NCBI GenBank assembly: GCA_043228905.1
Contig: JBHGNT010000012.1
Coordinates: 2,542,001 to 2,606,000, forward strand
Length of the DNA stretch: 64,000 nucleotides
From: Azolla caroliniana
Lineage: Eukaryota; Plantae; Polypodiophyta
Reading direction: 5' to 3'
The notes under the pieces are model-generated. The model worked only from the letters and a program-made list of their open reading frames with translations, was not told where the DNA came from and did not search any database. The translations under genes were made by a program, and so were the position numbers. Position 1 is the stretch's first letter. Every line of letters begins with the position of its first letter. Shown here piece by piece: positions 63,366 to 64,000 of this stretch.

Positions 63366-63771
63366 GGAAAGCGCTATTTGCTCCCCCATTTTGGCTATCC
63401 TCCCCTCCCCAATTTTTTTTACAATTTCTGATAGTTCTCACCTCGTTCAGCAACATGTCTCAACAAGCATCTTCAGCTTCAATTATCGATAAAACCTTCA
63501 CTAAGAGAGGGGCTCTGATCAGTTTTATCAAGGACCATTTCCGTGCTCAGAATATCATTGTTGTATTGGATAAGCAGAGTACTCTACCAGTCGCAAATGT
63601 TCCATATGTGGTCAAGCTGGTCACAATGCACGCACTTGCGATATGCGAGAATCTGAGCTATGCTGAGATTATTAATTAATTAATAAACAATTTCATTTGG
63701 TTATATTAGGTTCTATAAATTTAGGGGGGGGGGGGGGATAGCCAAAATGGGGGGGCAAATAGCGCTTTTCC
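63366..63771 (+). mobile_element. Internally deleted Mutator-like (MULE) element
   Basis: ~45-bp TIRs GGAAAGCGCTATTTGCTCCCCCATTTTGGCTATCC / GGATAGCCAAAATGGGGGGCAAATAGCGCTTTTCC; internal transposase-N-terminus-like ORF, then an out-of-frame CCHC knuckle RKCSICGQAGHNARTC (63598-63639). Confidence 0.78.
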
Positions 63772-64000
63772 ATAATTTATTGGAAAAAGTTAGGGCCCAT
63801 GAATTTGTGTTCATTGGTTTCTAAATTAATATAATCATTGATCAATATAGAAAAGCTGGTTGACTGACCTACCTTTCGTTCTATGTTGTATAGTGAAAAC
63901 TCTCCGTATTATTTTGTTGTGGCATTCAAATACCGAAGCTTTTACTGATATTTTTATGAGAATGTAGTTTGCTACTGAAAGGACAGTTCCCGAACAAGTT

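Overview
This is AT-rich, intron-containing land-plant nuclear DNA. A fern or other seed-free plant is plausible from the TE and gene style, but that is inference only. Five host loci are recognisable: the 3' end of a phosphoglycerate dehydrogenase gene (+), an FPA-like RRM/SPOC gene (-), a plastid-type NAD kinase NADK2 (+), a roughly 42-exon callose synthase of the CalS5/GSL2 type (-), and a cytochrome c1 locus (+) that carries an in-frame stop and a frameshift, so it is probably a pseudogene. An ~18 kb TE cluster (12.1-29.7 kb) lies between FPA and NADK2. It holds an internally deleted Copia element with a long in-frame extension after RNase H, a decayed Gypsy element whose 5' LTR also looks like the 3' LTR of an upstream remnant, an inverted solo LTR with a TSD, and a full-length L1-type LINE. 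The LINE has a 16-bp TSD, sits inside a minisatellite, and has unexplained extra domains in ORF1 and ORF2. Several non-autonomous DNA transposons (hAT-, pogo/mariner- and Mutator-like), a second LINE remnant, a ~148-bp satellite and many short local tandem duplications are also present. No RNA genes or true CRISPR arrays were found. All calls are by eye, with no database searches.
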